Source: Mayamaea pseudoterrestris (taxonomy: Eukaryota). From it: a stretch of DNA of 64,000 bases. The position numbers and the translations under genes are program-made. This document shows positions 1 to 11,100 of the stretch, piece after piece (the stretch's first letter is position 1; the number at the start of each line of letters is the position of its first letter). Location: contig BROI01000018.1 of assembly GCA_027923505.1 (NCBI GenBank), positions 186,001-250,000 on the forward strand, written 5' to 3'. The notes beneath the pieces were generated by a model. The model searched no databases and was not told the DNA's origin. It saw only the letters and a list, made by a program, of their open reading frames with translations.

Positions 1-583
1 GATACCCGTTGGGTAGTTGCGGTCAGTGCGGACCTTTCCGTCAACCTTGACGCAACGCTCCATGCAGATTTGCATGCATTCCTTATTGGTAAGAGCGTAC
101 TTGAGTCGCTCGCGAAGGATAATGGCAATGGGAATGCACTGTCGGAGCTTGTGTGGGCCTGGAGATGGGCGAGGAGCAAAGACTCCGCCCATCTTTCCGA
201 GGTTCCAGTTGCGAGGCGCATTCAAGCGCTTGAGATGTTTTGGGGGACCGCGAGGCCTGTTAAAGGAAAGGCGATAGAGAATGTGTGTGAGATTATTTGT
301 GAAGTGGAACGAGCCGAGCAACAAGAAACGCCGAGTTGCGTAGGCGAATCAATTTGAAAAGTAATCAGCCTGCAAACCTTCCACGAAATTGGATTTAATG
401 CCAGAGTTCTACGCGAGGGCTGATGCATATCTCGAAAATTATTCTTTACGTAAGAATCAGTCCATCGAAGGCACGCATGCTCGTGCATGCTGCCGACGTG
501 ATGATGCAAGTTTCCTCTTCGAACCTCATAGTTGTCTCTAATACGATCAACAAGATCAATTCATGCGTCTTTGTCACTTACAT
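1..583 (-). CDS. RPS4: 40S ribosomal protein S4 (eS4), 5' part; continues beyond window start
   Basis: Minus strand from 256 down reads (M)[56 protein letters not shown]...[10 protein letters not shown], the eS4 N-terminus. The start codon is split AT|G by an intron (GTAAGT at 581 to TAACAG at 257). Not in the ORF track. Confidence 0.93.
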
Positions 584-986
584 GACTATAATTTACTACT
601 AATCAGGCAATCGCAACAAGATGAGGAGAGTCTGCAGCTCGTCTTGTCAGTGTGCTTGCGGGCGAGTGGTGAAACTTGCGGTGCGAGCGGAACTGTCGCA
701 GCGCTATTAGATATTTTAGTAAGCGCGGTAAGTGACACGCACGCCTCACCATGAATAAAGAACCAGAGCAGCAAGCCCTTTACCCTTGCTATTGTAGTTG
801 ACTCTTTTACTTGTTCGATTGTGAGTAAGCATAGTAGCTCTGAATGATTCAATATTGCTTCTCAGAATGCGACTTGAATCGCAGGACTAGAGAATTTGAC
901 GACCAAAGTTAGTCAACATTCACCAACTCCTTTGTTGACCTTTGCTCGCTCCCCTTTTACACAGTAACAGCACCAACACCTTCATC

Positions 987-1442
987 ATGGGTCGAATGCA
1001 CGCACCAGGCAAGGGTATTTCCCGCCGCGCTCTTCCGTACAAGCGCTCTCCTCCCTCGTGGCTCAAAACGTCGAGCGCCGACGTTCAGGACCACGTTTGC
1101 AAGCTTGCCAAGAAGGGACTCACGCCATCGCAGATTGGAGTCATTCTCCGCGACTCACACGGCGTCGCGCAAGTCAAGTCTGTCACTGGACAAAAGATTG
1201 TTCGCATTCTCAAGGCCAATGGACTTGCTCCGGAAATTCCGGAAGACTTGTACATGCTCATCAAGAAGGCTGTCCAGGTCCGCAAACATTTGGAAATCAA
1301 CCGCAAGGACAAGGATAGCAAGTTTAGACTTATTCTCATTGAATCGCGCATTCACCGACTGGCCCGATACTACCGAACCACCCGTAAGCTTCCGTCCAAC
1401 TGGAAGTATGAGAGTGCGACGGCGAGTACGTTGGTGGCGTAA
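987..1442 (+). CDS. RPS13: 40S ribosomal protein S13 (uS15)
   Basis: [27 protein letters not shown]...[18 protein letters not shown]...[18 protein letters not shown]...[13 protein letters not shown]. Probable 5'-UTR intron at 821-964 (GTGAGT...ACAG). Confidence 0.98.
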   Translation: MGRMHAPGKGISRRALPYKRSPPSWLKTSSADVQDHVCKLAKKGLTPSQIGVILRDSHGVAQVKSVTGQKIVRILKANGLAPEIPEDLYMLIKKAVQVRKHLEINRKDKDSKFRLILIESRIHRLARYYRTTRKLPSNWKYESATASTLVA

Positions 1443-1873
1443 GGATGAATAGTGCAAGATTTATCAAGGACTCTCTATGCTGGAAAACGTAGCTTACGAC
1501 CAAAGAAAGAACCAAAAATAACACACTTTAACACTAATTTCTATGAGATGCTGTATTGCATTACTATACATCGTCGGCATGCATAGGAACCGCATTACAT
1601 ACAAACTGCTCGCATAAGCGAAACCGCCTTCAGCTTTGACTCGATATGCTTCTCGTCCAACATGGTACTGTTAAATTTACTGTTACGCATAACAAGACTT
1701 TTGTTCAACTAAGTATTGTAATGCATAAGAGTGCTGGACCCCGGCGACAACGAAATAAGGTGGGAAAGTGAAACGGGTGCAGCTCTCTGTCTGCACCATA
1801 CTCTACATCCTAGCGTATTGTAAGCAGAGCCTCACATTGAGCTTATACATTCGGTGCTTAGGCGTTAATGTAC

Positions 1874-2974
1874 TTAAAAGTAAGCTCCGCCAACCCATTC
1901 GTTGACAATGTCAAGCATGGGCTTGCCCTCGACGGCGGTGGCCGTGACGAGCATGGCCAAACCAAGCATTGCCTGTAAAATCGAGAAAGAGAAGGATTAA
2001 GAACACGATCAAGATGAAAAGCGGCAAGGTACTTCATCCTGCAAACTACTTTGGCAACGTCTGTACTTACAAGTCGTCCATTCAGAATTTCAGCCTCCTC
2101 GGTGAGTCCAAGCTTGAGCGCAGGAAGGTATCCGAATCCGTTGTCATTGCGGGCCTTCATGGCTTCATAGTTGTGGTGGTTCGGGTCAAGGAAGAGCGAG
2201 TCTCCTCCAAAGACTGGCGGGCAGATGGTGGCCATGAGCGAAATGGCGAAAAAGTGAACGTTGACAATAAGAATGATGGCACGCTCGTTGGAAATGGTCT
2301 CCTTGCCGGAAATGATGGCGAGGGTTCCCCACTGCTTGAGGTCGAGCGCCATTTCTGGGTTAGGGATGAGTCCATGGCCCTTGCAGTACGCAGTGGCGCA
2401 GATGAAGAACCATCCAAACATGGCGTGGCTGTAAACGATGATAACAGGTGAGATACAAGTTACAAGTTACATCAGACCCAATTCGATGGATGCAGATTCA
2501 ACTCCATCGTTCGCATTGACTTACCGTCCGTTCCACTTCTCCGCCTGGACAGAAGGTCCCCATCCCCATTGGGCGAAGGCAGGGAACTGCTTGCTCCAGT
2601 CAGCGACGGCGTCGTCGTAGACAATAGGAGGAGTGTACTGCTTGGCGTCGGCCAATGGACTGCAATGTCGAGAAAAGTGTTCGATTTAGAGTTAGATATT
2701 GGCGTTGATTTCGACAAATCAATTTAATGCTGGCTTGAAAAACATTGGACTCTTCAATATCCTTTTTCAAGTACAAAAAGGCGTCAAAGGAGAGAGATGC
2801 AGCATCGATTCTTCGGAAGATACGCCTTCAAGTTGCCATCTGGCGAGCCCTCAACGCCACGAAACAGCAAACGACGCACCTTGACTTGACCGGAGCGCCA
2901 GTCTTGAGCGGCGCAAAGGCCGAAACGGCACCCAGGCTCAATAGCAAAGCAAATAGGGATCGGAGAGGCGCCAT
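1874..2974 (-). CDS. Red-lineage chlorophyll a/b-binding-like protein (RedCAP / LHC-like), plastid-targeted, 4 exons
   Basis: Exons approx. 2974-2881, 2658-2525, 2428-2071, 1972-1874. Signal peptide ending AVSAF-AP. Two LHC-type motifs form only after splicing: AEKWNGR|HAMFGW and AEILNGRL|AMLG. Confidence 0.85.
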
Positions 2975-3124
2975 GGTGGATCCTTGTTGCGTTGAAAATG
3001 AACCATCAACCATGGCGGGCAGGCTGCGATTGCTCGATGGTGACGTTGCTGCTCCGGGTTCTCCGTGTCTGATCGGTTTTAACGCAACTTCGACCACTTT
3101 TTCTTTCAACTCGAAAGGTTGACC

Positions 3125-3952
3125 ATGACCGTTCGACGAAGCAATGCGCGGGATTCGGGTTTGATTCTTCTGCTATGCATTGCTTCCGGTTGCTCATTTG
3201 TGCATAATAATGGACACGGACATTATGGACTAGCTCTCCAATTGACTGCAGCAGATTTTATTGACCAAGTCGTCTCTGCGTCGGCGCCGGCATTGGCAAC
3301 GGCAACTGATTTCTTCTCAACTCCCCTTGCTGCAAGCTTGTTCGGAGTGGCAGGCGTGTATGCTGTTATCAATTCAAGACCTCGATCTAGGCTTGTTAAC
3401 GACGCGCTACTAAAGCAAATCACGCAAGGGACCTTTCTTCAAAACAGCGTCGACCAGCTCCAGTGCGTGTACAAGGCTTCACGTGACAATTGGTCGGCGC
3501 AAGATTTTCATGACAAGGTGGACAATCTTGGGTCTGCCGTTGTTATTGCCCAAGTATCTAGGGGTATTGGATCCTCCATCATTGGAGGCTACAATCCAAA
3601 TGGATGGCGATCGACTGATGATTACTACTTGTCGAATCAAGCCTTTTTGTTCACGGCAACCAACAGCAATCGCAACATTGTCAAGCTCCCAATCATTCCA
3701 GGCAGCAATGCACCCGCTCTATTTGACTATGCGACGGCAGGTCCTTGCTTTGGAACGACTGATTTGCAGATTGGCCCTCTCCAAGCAGCCTTCATGGGTG
3801 GATTTGCAGGTCCAGACATGGAGGACACGCGGACCAACGCGGGGGACCTGAGGCAAGGCAAGAGTTCCGTCGTCAACTTTGAATGGACCGATCAGTGGCC
3901 AGTGCGAGGATCGTTTCGTGTCGTCGAAGTGGAAGTATACTGCAAGATGTAG
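3125..3952 (+). CDS. TLDc (oxidation resistance/OXR-like) domain protein with N-terminal signal peptide, likely plastid
   Basis: LQCVYKASRDNWSAQDFHDKVDNLGSAVVIA...IIGGYNPNGW...AFLF...GPCFG...EVEVY matches the TLDc consensus; hydrophobic N-terminus. Confidence 0.85.
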   Translation: MTVRRSNARDSGLILLLCIASGCSFVHNNGHGHYGLALQLTAADFIDQVVSASAPALATATDFFSTPLAASLFGVAGVYAVINSRPRSRLVNDALLKQITQGTFLQNSVDQLQCVYKASRDNWSAQDFHDKVDNLGSAVVIAQVSRGIGSSIIGGYNPNGWRSTDDYYLSNQAFLFTATNSNRNIVKLPIIPGSNAPALFDYATAGPCFGTTDLQIGPLQAAFMGGFAGPDMEDTRTNAGDLRQGKSSVVNFEWTDQWPVRGSFRVVEVEVYCKM

Positions 3953-4414
3953 ACTAATTTTGTGCATACGACACTTGTTTACCGGTACATACAGAATTCT
4001 AGAGTGGCCCTATGGCCGAGAATTCTCGACCACCGGCAAGATGAGCACTAACAAAATTACTTGACTATACAACCTGAAATTACGTGACCGATCATCAGGC
4101 TTTGTGTCGCGACATCAAACCAAAAATGACTGCATAGTATTGTAAATCCACAACAGAGCACTGCCATCGTTCATACATAATGCTGGAGTGTGCCGCATGC
4201 CTGCGCGCATTGGTCTGAATGCAAGTGGCGATAATTTTGTGCAATTGGAAACAATGCGGCGCACAACGACTATTGCGATGAGTGACCAAATTAATGTTGA
4301 GTGGTCTCACGTGCTGCTTAAGGATGAGGGACTGATGGTAACGAAAGAAAAGTAGCTGGCTATTACAATAAGTTTTCAACTTGTCTCATCTATGTATTAA
4401 CTGTACACCAAATG

Positions 4415-7400
4415 CTACGAGCATGTCAATGGGGACGCATGAACGCGCGACGCTAGTTCGTCCACCACAGCTGATCGACGCTCGCGTTCGCGAATTGGCT
4501 TTTTATCATTGTTCACCGCGAACAACGTCTGGACAGGCGGTGCTGCCACAGTTTGCTTTGGGGCAATGAAGCTACTCGTCAGCTCCGAAGTGCTTACGCC
4601 ACTTATATCATTGTAACAGCGATCGCACACGCGCGAAAGAGCACAGAGCCCAATGGATGGCAATGCCAGCCGATTCGTTGAGCAAGGGTCGCAGACCAAA
4701 GTGCCGCAACTTCGACAGTTGTGCTTGTCGCGGGCTTCTTGCGCTCGACTGCTTGACGTACTGGCCCATGTGAAGCGACTGGCGCAGCACGAGCATGAGT
4801 CATCTTCGTCAAACGCTGTCCACCGAGGTGGGTGCTCATTCGCCAGTCTTACTGATCGCAGCTCCAGCAATGCTTCGTAATATGGTTTAGCCTTGTGATT
4901 TGACAGCATATTTCCAGCCATGGTAATGCGGCGAAGTTCTTTGAATGCGCGAGGAACGTAGGCGCATTTGTAAACACCACGATGAGCATATATATGCACA
5001 ATCTTGCCTGGAACAAACATGCGAGGTAATGGCGTCTCATCAAGCATGACAGCGCCAGGGCTATCTTCGTCGTCACAATCATTCTCCTCCACATCAACAT
5101 CACTTCCGTTCGCAGCCGTCTCCGTTCGTGCGTCCGTTGTGCCATCAAATAATTCTCTCGATCCTTGCGTCGCCTGTACACCCAGCTCTTGTACATCTGC
5201 AACCGACGAAACACTTTCGCAGTCACTGCCTTCAATCAAATCATCAGTAGGGTCAAAGAATTCATCTCCGTCAATAACGAGACCGGGAGATCTATCGTCA
5301 ATGCCGCCCATGTAATCCAATAGCAATCTTGGAGGTTCGTTTGCATCAGAATCTGCATTTACGACAGTGACGGCAGAGTCAAGAGTGTCGTGCAATGCTT
5401 GTTGCATAGAAGACTCAACGGATGCCGTCCTTTCCACATCGTCCGCAGAATCCGAGGCACTGCTGCCATTATTTGCCGAAAGGAAAGTATCGTTTAGAAG
5501 CTTCTCAGTTACGGTGAACAATCTCCTCCGACCTGATCGAAATGTCTTGCGGCAATAAGTCCTGATTGACGATTTCTTCAAAGTAAAGCTATTCCGAAAC
5601 GTAGGAGCCCAAGCTGTCTTTGCTCTTTCCTGCAACGCCAAAAAATCTTCAGGAAAATGTTCTTTCACCCAGGTCTCCCGTATCGTCAGCAAATGTTTTA
5701 ATAGCTGTCGACAACTTGTTGGAGTCAGGCGTGGAATTACATCGTCGTGGAGAACAACAGTGACAACAAACGACTCCACACTTTCAGCAAGTCTGGCATC
5801 AATACAAGACGGCGTTCCATAAGCATACACCTTTAACGGGACCGTTGCTGCATTTAATTCGCGCTCTAAATCGCGGTATACCAAAGCCCCAAGCAGAACC
5901 GACACGCCACCTCCCAGCGAGTGTCCGGTCAAGCGAATGCGATAACCTCGACGAGCAAAATGAAGAATCGAGTCAATGTGTTCTCTGTGCAGATTAAGAG
6001 CAGCTCCAGCCATACCGCAAACCGCTAGCCCATGTCCACGAAAAATAGTCGTCCAATCACTTTCAACCTTCTTGTTCGGAGCTTCCTCTTCATCAGGGAA
6101 AGACACTGGCGTCTGTCGAATATCAGTAATGACATCATGAATCGTTGCCGTTCCACGGACCGCGATGCAGGCGATCTTTTGCTCTTCATGCACAAATAGC
6201 GCAGAAGCTGGGCGCTCCGCGTTTTTGTGACCCGATTCTTGTTCCATATATGCATACACCAACCTCCATCCTTGCTGGGCGGCTAGAAGCTGCATGTCGA
6301 CTTCTTTTGTAGCGTATATGAAATTCAAGGCCATGGGTGCATAGAATATAAGGGATGCCAACGTTTCGTCAGTGACAGGTTCGCAAACTGGACGACAAGG
6401 TAACATTTCATCTGTCCGCGAGGTTTCCTGCGAGTGTTTATTTGCCCTCCGGTCGCATTCACTGCTAGTAAGACCATCGCTGACAAGATCGGATATTGCT
6501 GCGTCACTTTGATATATATTGTTTTCCTCAGTTGCATGCTCGGTGCATAAAGCAGCAGCTACTCCTGGCTGACTGTCCTCGTGTCTGTTGCTGGCATACG
6601 AGTGGATCAAATGCTCGCGCTCAGGGTTCAATCCACGCATCGCTCGATGCTGGGCCAGTGCATAAAAAATTGCAGCGCTAAGCTCATGGACCGAAAGTGG
6701 CCATGCCGATTGATTGATACCCAATGCCTTTTGAAGCAAATCGGCTGCCGCCAAGAATTCTTGTCGCAGCATGATGGTGTACATGCCATTCAAGCCGTAC
6801 TTTCGAAGAACGTCCACCGTTTCCACAGCCACTGCTGCTTGCGCACCCAACGGAATACTCCTCCCAACGGCAAGTGCTGCTTCAGTGATTCGCAGCAAAA
6901 TTTGCTCTATACTGTCTTGCCCAGTTTCAAAATACGGCTGCAAGAGCCCTTGCTGAAAGTCTCTACAACGCGCAAGCCGCCATGCCACTCGCTCCGCCAA
7001 GTTTTGCTCCAGCAACAAACTTTTGCATGAATCACAAACACGTTCCGGAACACTGGGATCATGACCAAATTGCGGCAACGAATGTGTATATGCACAGTGA
7101 GGCTGACAGTAGCTGCGCCCACACAAGCGACAATGGTGTCGGAGTCGCGCTGGTCCAAAGAGCTGGCGGCAGCTAAAGCAGGCGTCCGATTTTTGCCAGA
7201 CAGGACGCGGAGCTAATGGCGGAACCAGAGATCGAGCGAGTGCAAAATTGACATCGTCGTCATCCATTGCATTGTTGTTGCTATCGTCATACACTGCAGC
7301 TGCTGCGTCTGTGCTGTCGTGAGGACGATATGTTCGCCATTCCTCCACAAGCTGGCGCTCGACCCATGACAAATTTGAGAAGCAAGGAAGCTTTGAGAGT

Positions 7401-7975
7401 CTGTTATCTTCCTCGTCGTGTATCTGTGATTCAAGGCTGTTGATTGTCGAGTACACGTAGTTGTTTACTGGTTCGTTTTGAATCGAAAAGCCAGTAAAAT
7501 TATTTCCAATCTCCGTATACTTGCGATACCTCCTACTGAGCGAGTATGACAGTCTCGCCGTATAGCAAATTCGTTGCATCGATGACGCCAATAGTTCGCG
7601 TGCCGCCAATGGCAAGACTTGCAACGAAAGAGTGCATCGAGGGTCGACCGAAACTATAGCAGGAGGCGCGACATGCGGCAAGGGTGTTCCAGAGGGGTCA
7701 TTGATCGAATTTGGTTCGCTGAAATCGTTGCAAAAGGATCTATTCTGTTCCATCTCAGCTTTCGCCTCATCTACGCTCGGCGATTCGCTCGTGCACCAAG
7801 CGATTGGGACTGGAACGAAAACGTCCGCTTCATCTTCGCTTTCCTCTTCCATAACTTCCATCATTTCACCGGGGCTTTCATCAACAGCGCAAGCCTCGGT
7901 CATTGTGTGGTTATCAAGCATGTATCTGAAGTGTCGATTAGATAATAGAGTGGGGATGGTCTCGCTTTCCATCAT
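4415..7975 (-). CDS. FYVE zinc finger - class 3 lipase (DAGL-like) - FYVE zinc finger protein
   Basis: FYVE1 WQKSDACFSC...RHHCRLCGRSYC...RVCDSC; lipase IAVRGT, TGHSLGGG, YAYGTP, DDVIPRL; FYVE2 CSCC...KHNCRSCGTLVC...RVCDRC. First ATG at 7975. Confidence 0.9.
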   Translation of the reverse strand: MMESETIPTLLSNRHFRYMLDNHTMTEACAVDESPGEMMEVMEEESEDEADVFVPVPIAWCTSESPSVDEAKAEMEQNRSFCNDFSEPNSINDPSGTPLPHVAPPAIVSVDPRCTLSLQVLPLAARELLASSMQRICYTARLSYSLSRRYRKYTEIGNNFTGFSIQNEPVNNYVYSTINSLESQIHDEEDNRLSKLPCFSNLSWVERQLVEEWRTYRPHDSTDAAAAVYDDSNNNAMDDDDVNFALARSLVPPLAPRPVWQKSDACFSCRQLFGPARLRHHCRLCGRSYCQPHCAYTHSLPQFGHDPSVPERVCDSCKSLLLEQNLAERVAWRLARCRDFQQGLLQPYFETGQDSIEQILLRITEAALAVGRSIPLGAQAAVAVETVDVLRKYGLNGMYTIMLRQEFLAAADLLQKALGINQSAWPLSVHELSAAIFYALAQHRAMRGLNPEREHLIHSYASNRHEDSQPGVAAALCTEHATEENNIYQSDAAISDLVSDGLTSSECDRRANKHSQETSRTDEMLPCRPVCEPVTDETLASLIFYAPMALNFIYATKEVDMQLLAAQQGWRLVYAYMEQESGHKNAERPASALFVHEEQKIACIAVRGTATIHDVITDIRQTPVSFPDEEEAPNKKVESDWTTIFRGHGLAVCGMAGAALNLHREHIDSILHFARRGYRIRLTGHSLGGGVSVLLGALVYRDLERELNAATVPLKVYAYGTPSCIDARLAESVESFVVTVVLHDDVIPRLTPTSCRQLLKHLLTIRETWVKEHFPEDFLALQERAKTAWAPTFRNSFTLKKSSIRTYCRKTFRSGRRRLFTVTEKLLNDTFLSANNGSSASDSADDVERTASVESSMQQALHDTLDSAVTVVNADSDANEPPRLLLDYMGGIDDRSPGLVIDGDEFFDPTDDLIEGSDCESVSSVADVQELGVQATQGSRELFDGTTDARTETAANGSDVDVEENDCDDEDSPGAVMLDETPLPRMFVPGKIVHIYAHRGVYKCAYVPRAFKELRRITMAGNMLSNHKAKPYYEALLELRSVRLANEHPPRWTAFDEDDSCSCCASRFTWASTSSSRAQEARDKHNCRSCGTLVCDPCSTNRLALPSIGLCALSRVCDRCYNDISGVSTSELTSSFIAPKQTVAAPPVQTLFAVNNDKKPIRERERRSAVVDELASRVHASPLTCS

Positions 7976-8120
7976 GGTCGAATAGCACCGCTTCAAATCA
8001 AGCGTCAGAAATGAGTCGCAGCGACACGAAGCGCGACTAAACTCTACGTTTTTATTTTTGCTGGTTCTTCGTCGAACCAAAACCAACCAATTTTTTCTTC
8101 CTTCAACCAAACAAACAACC

Positions 8121-11100
8121 ATGAGCTCTCTCGCAAGGACCTACCAACATGGCAGACGGCGTTTACTATCGCACTTGGTACAACAAGCAAAGCCTCAAAA
8201 TATTGCTAAGCGAAGATTTCGATCCATCACGTCGGCTGTTGGCGCTACGGGGTATCGACGAAAATCTGACGGCCGCAGCCATATTCCGACTTTGCTGCGC
8301 TTTGTTTCAACTACGGATGGCGATATTGATGAAAGCTTGCCTCTTCAAGAACGACATACGTCAGAAAGACATTCGCGTGCACCTTTAGCCGCTATCTACG
8401 ACGATGAGGATGGCGAAGACGACCATATTCCCTTTGAAGACGAATCCGACGACGACGAGGACGAAAACGAATCACAGCCTCAAATTGTCGCGGAAGGAAT
8501 GTTTGACATTTCCAAGACATCGGCTTTAAATGAGCTAAATAACTATTACACGAATGAGTACGGAATTTCCAGTGTTTCTGCGCACTTTCGAACGGAGTTT
8601 ATCAATTATCAGTGGGTTGCTACTTTTTGTTGTCCCGAAACTGGAGTCGAGTATAGTCAGGGAAGTCTTCGAAGCGACGAGCAAGGCGCTGCTGTGGAAA
8701 TATCATCCATTGATGGAAGCTACGTTCATGGACCACCGGCATATAGGAAGAAGAATACAGCTATTCACGCGGCGGCTGCGCGAGTGTTGGATATCATTCA
8801 GTACGAAAAGCTCCACATTACCGAACCCAGACTTTGCAAGGAAGATCCAGCGTTGTTTCAAAAGCCTCGTTTGAGTATGCAAGAGGTGCACGAAGAAGAA
8901 GACGAAGCAAACGAAGATGGGGCAGAGACGAAAAGAGATAATAAGAAGCAGCTTGTTTCACCATCGCCGACGCCAGCAGTCGAACAACCACTCGAGTTGA
9001 CGCTGCCGATTAATCGTATTGATCACGACGGACGCCTGGATCAAATATTGGAAGACGTTATTGACGATGACGACGACGATTACAGCGTCGCAGATATTCC
9101 TACTCCCTCTGCAGACAGTGCTCCATCGATGCGGCTGCTGCACGCATTCTCCTCGGGACAACATCATGCACAAAAACCGACAGCTGCGACGAACTTTGAC
9201 TCGCATCGCATGCCGATTGCAATGCCTATACAACGACTAAAAATGGCAATGAACATTGCAAAGTCATGGGTGCAAGCTCACTCTCGCCTGGCTGACGAAG
9301 TTGCTTACAATCCGCATCGCATGCACTTGCCCATGCTGCCATCTACCAAAACGCATCTGATAGGCAAGACAATCTTGGAAGGTTTGGCCGAAGCAAATCA
9401 GTCGATCACAATTCCTGGGTTGCGTGGCTGTGAGCATTCCGCGCGACGCGTATTAAACATAATGTGGAAGCATGGAGATATCGAGCCCGACGCTGATGCA
9501 TACAAATGTTTGCTCCATTGCTTGGAAGGTAGTAGCCCAAAAGCCATTGCTGAGAAGGCGGAATCCATTGTATTATCCATGCGAGATGGACAGCCATGGA
9601 GTGGGCGAGTTTTACCCAAGCCCACTACCGAGGTTATAAATGCTTTGATCCAACTCTGGGCACAAGTAGGAGGCATTACCGGTCGGTATGAGAATGTCGA
9701 CCCGGCTTTTGAACCTAATAGAGAAAGCTTTTTATCCATATTGTCGTCTTGCTGTTACACGCCAACGGTACCTGGAGAAGTTGGAGGTCTCGACATTGCG
9801 TTTGCCACTGAATGTATCCGTCGGATGCGAGAATTGTCCGAGTCGAATCCCGAGGATTTGTCGCTGGTTCCGGATATCGAAGTGTATAACGCACCACTCC
9901 GATGGACAGGTGGTTCACGTACAAGGCAGATCCGGCCATACACTCGATGTTTGCCATGGGACAAATTGTTTGTCGGAGAGGATGGGATGCGACCATTTGA
10001 CTGTGATGATTCCGCCGTAGTTGCAGCACAAGCTGTTGAGAGTTGGATTGAATTCATGCGCGAGCAAGGGGTACAGCCAGACATAGTAACTTATGAAGCA
10101 CTGATGCAAGCTTGGCTTCGAACTGATACGCGTATTGGCCTTGACCGAGCGCAACGCATTGCCGAAGATCTGCTTGAACCAGGGCTTTATGATGTATCAC
10201 CGAGCCTGCAAACCTTCCGTCCATTGACAAGAAGCTGGGTGTTCTCCAAGGAGAACGATTCCACTGACAAAATACGATTACTACTTGACCGCCTTGAGGG
10301 TTTAACAACAGAGCACCCTGAGCTTCGGCCTGACGCCCGACTAATGCTGACACTCGTGTCGGCGTACAGAAAGCAATTATGGAGCAATATTGCTAAAAAA
10401 GCACCGGTTGAGGATTTGCTGGAAATTGCTGACAAGTGCACATTGATTCTAAATGCGCTGCACGATCGATTGTCAACTGCCATCGTGGAAGGCGAAGCTC
10501 CAGACGATTTTCTTGAAATTTTCCATTTCTATGAGGTTGAGCAGATCTGGCAGTCTGTCGCAGAAATTTGCGCACAAGGCCTTCTAACGAGTGGCTCACG
10601 CGAATTTTTTCAGTATGCTTTAAAGGAGTGGATTCGTGTCTTAAACATGCACGACGATTTGATGCAGACTCTCATGCGAGTCGAGTCGCCTGGAGGCATT
10701 GATTTGCGAGGGCGACGAGAATATTCTTATCAATTGAAACATCTTCTAGCGCAATCAGGAACTTTGTACTCATCCTTTATGTCGGGAATGAAGAATATCT
10801 TTGATTTGCGCAAACGTCGATCCACATCTGATGAAATCCTCAATATTCTCCCTGGCCAATTGCCTCTCTTTGAGCGTATCGTTCGTCGAAGCGGCGAGAT
10901 GGAGATTGCCGCCTCTCACGATACAGAGTTGAAGAGGGATCGACTAGGATTTTTCGACTATGATACAGATTATGGAATTGATCCAACTGCTCTTGCCGGA
11001 ACGGGTATTGTTGAGTATGGCGATTATTTTCCTGGCTACAAACCCCGGCCAATCTACAGTGACGCGAATGTGCGCAATGTACTTCTTCGCCAGATGCTGG

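Noticed and set aside
7975..8122. Apparent overlap of the 1235-aa and 1118-aa ORFs
   Set aside because: Artefact of alternative start codons in the ORF track; the first ATGs (7975 minus, 8121 plus) are divergent and do not overlap.
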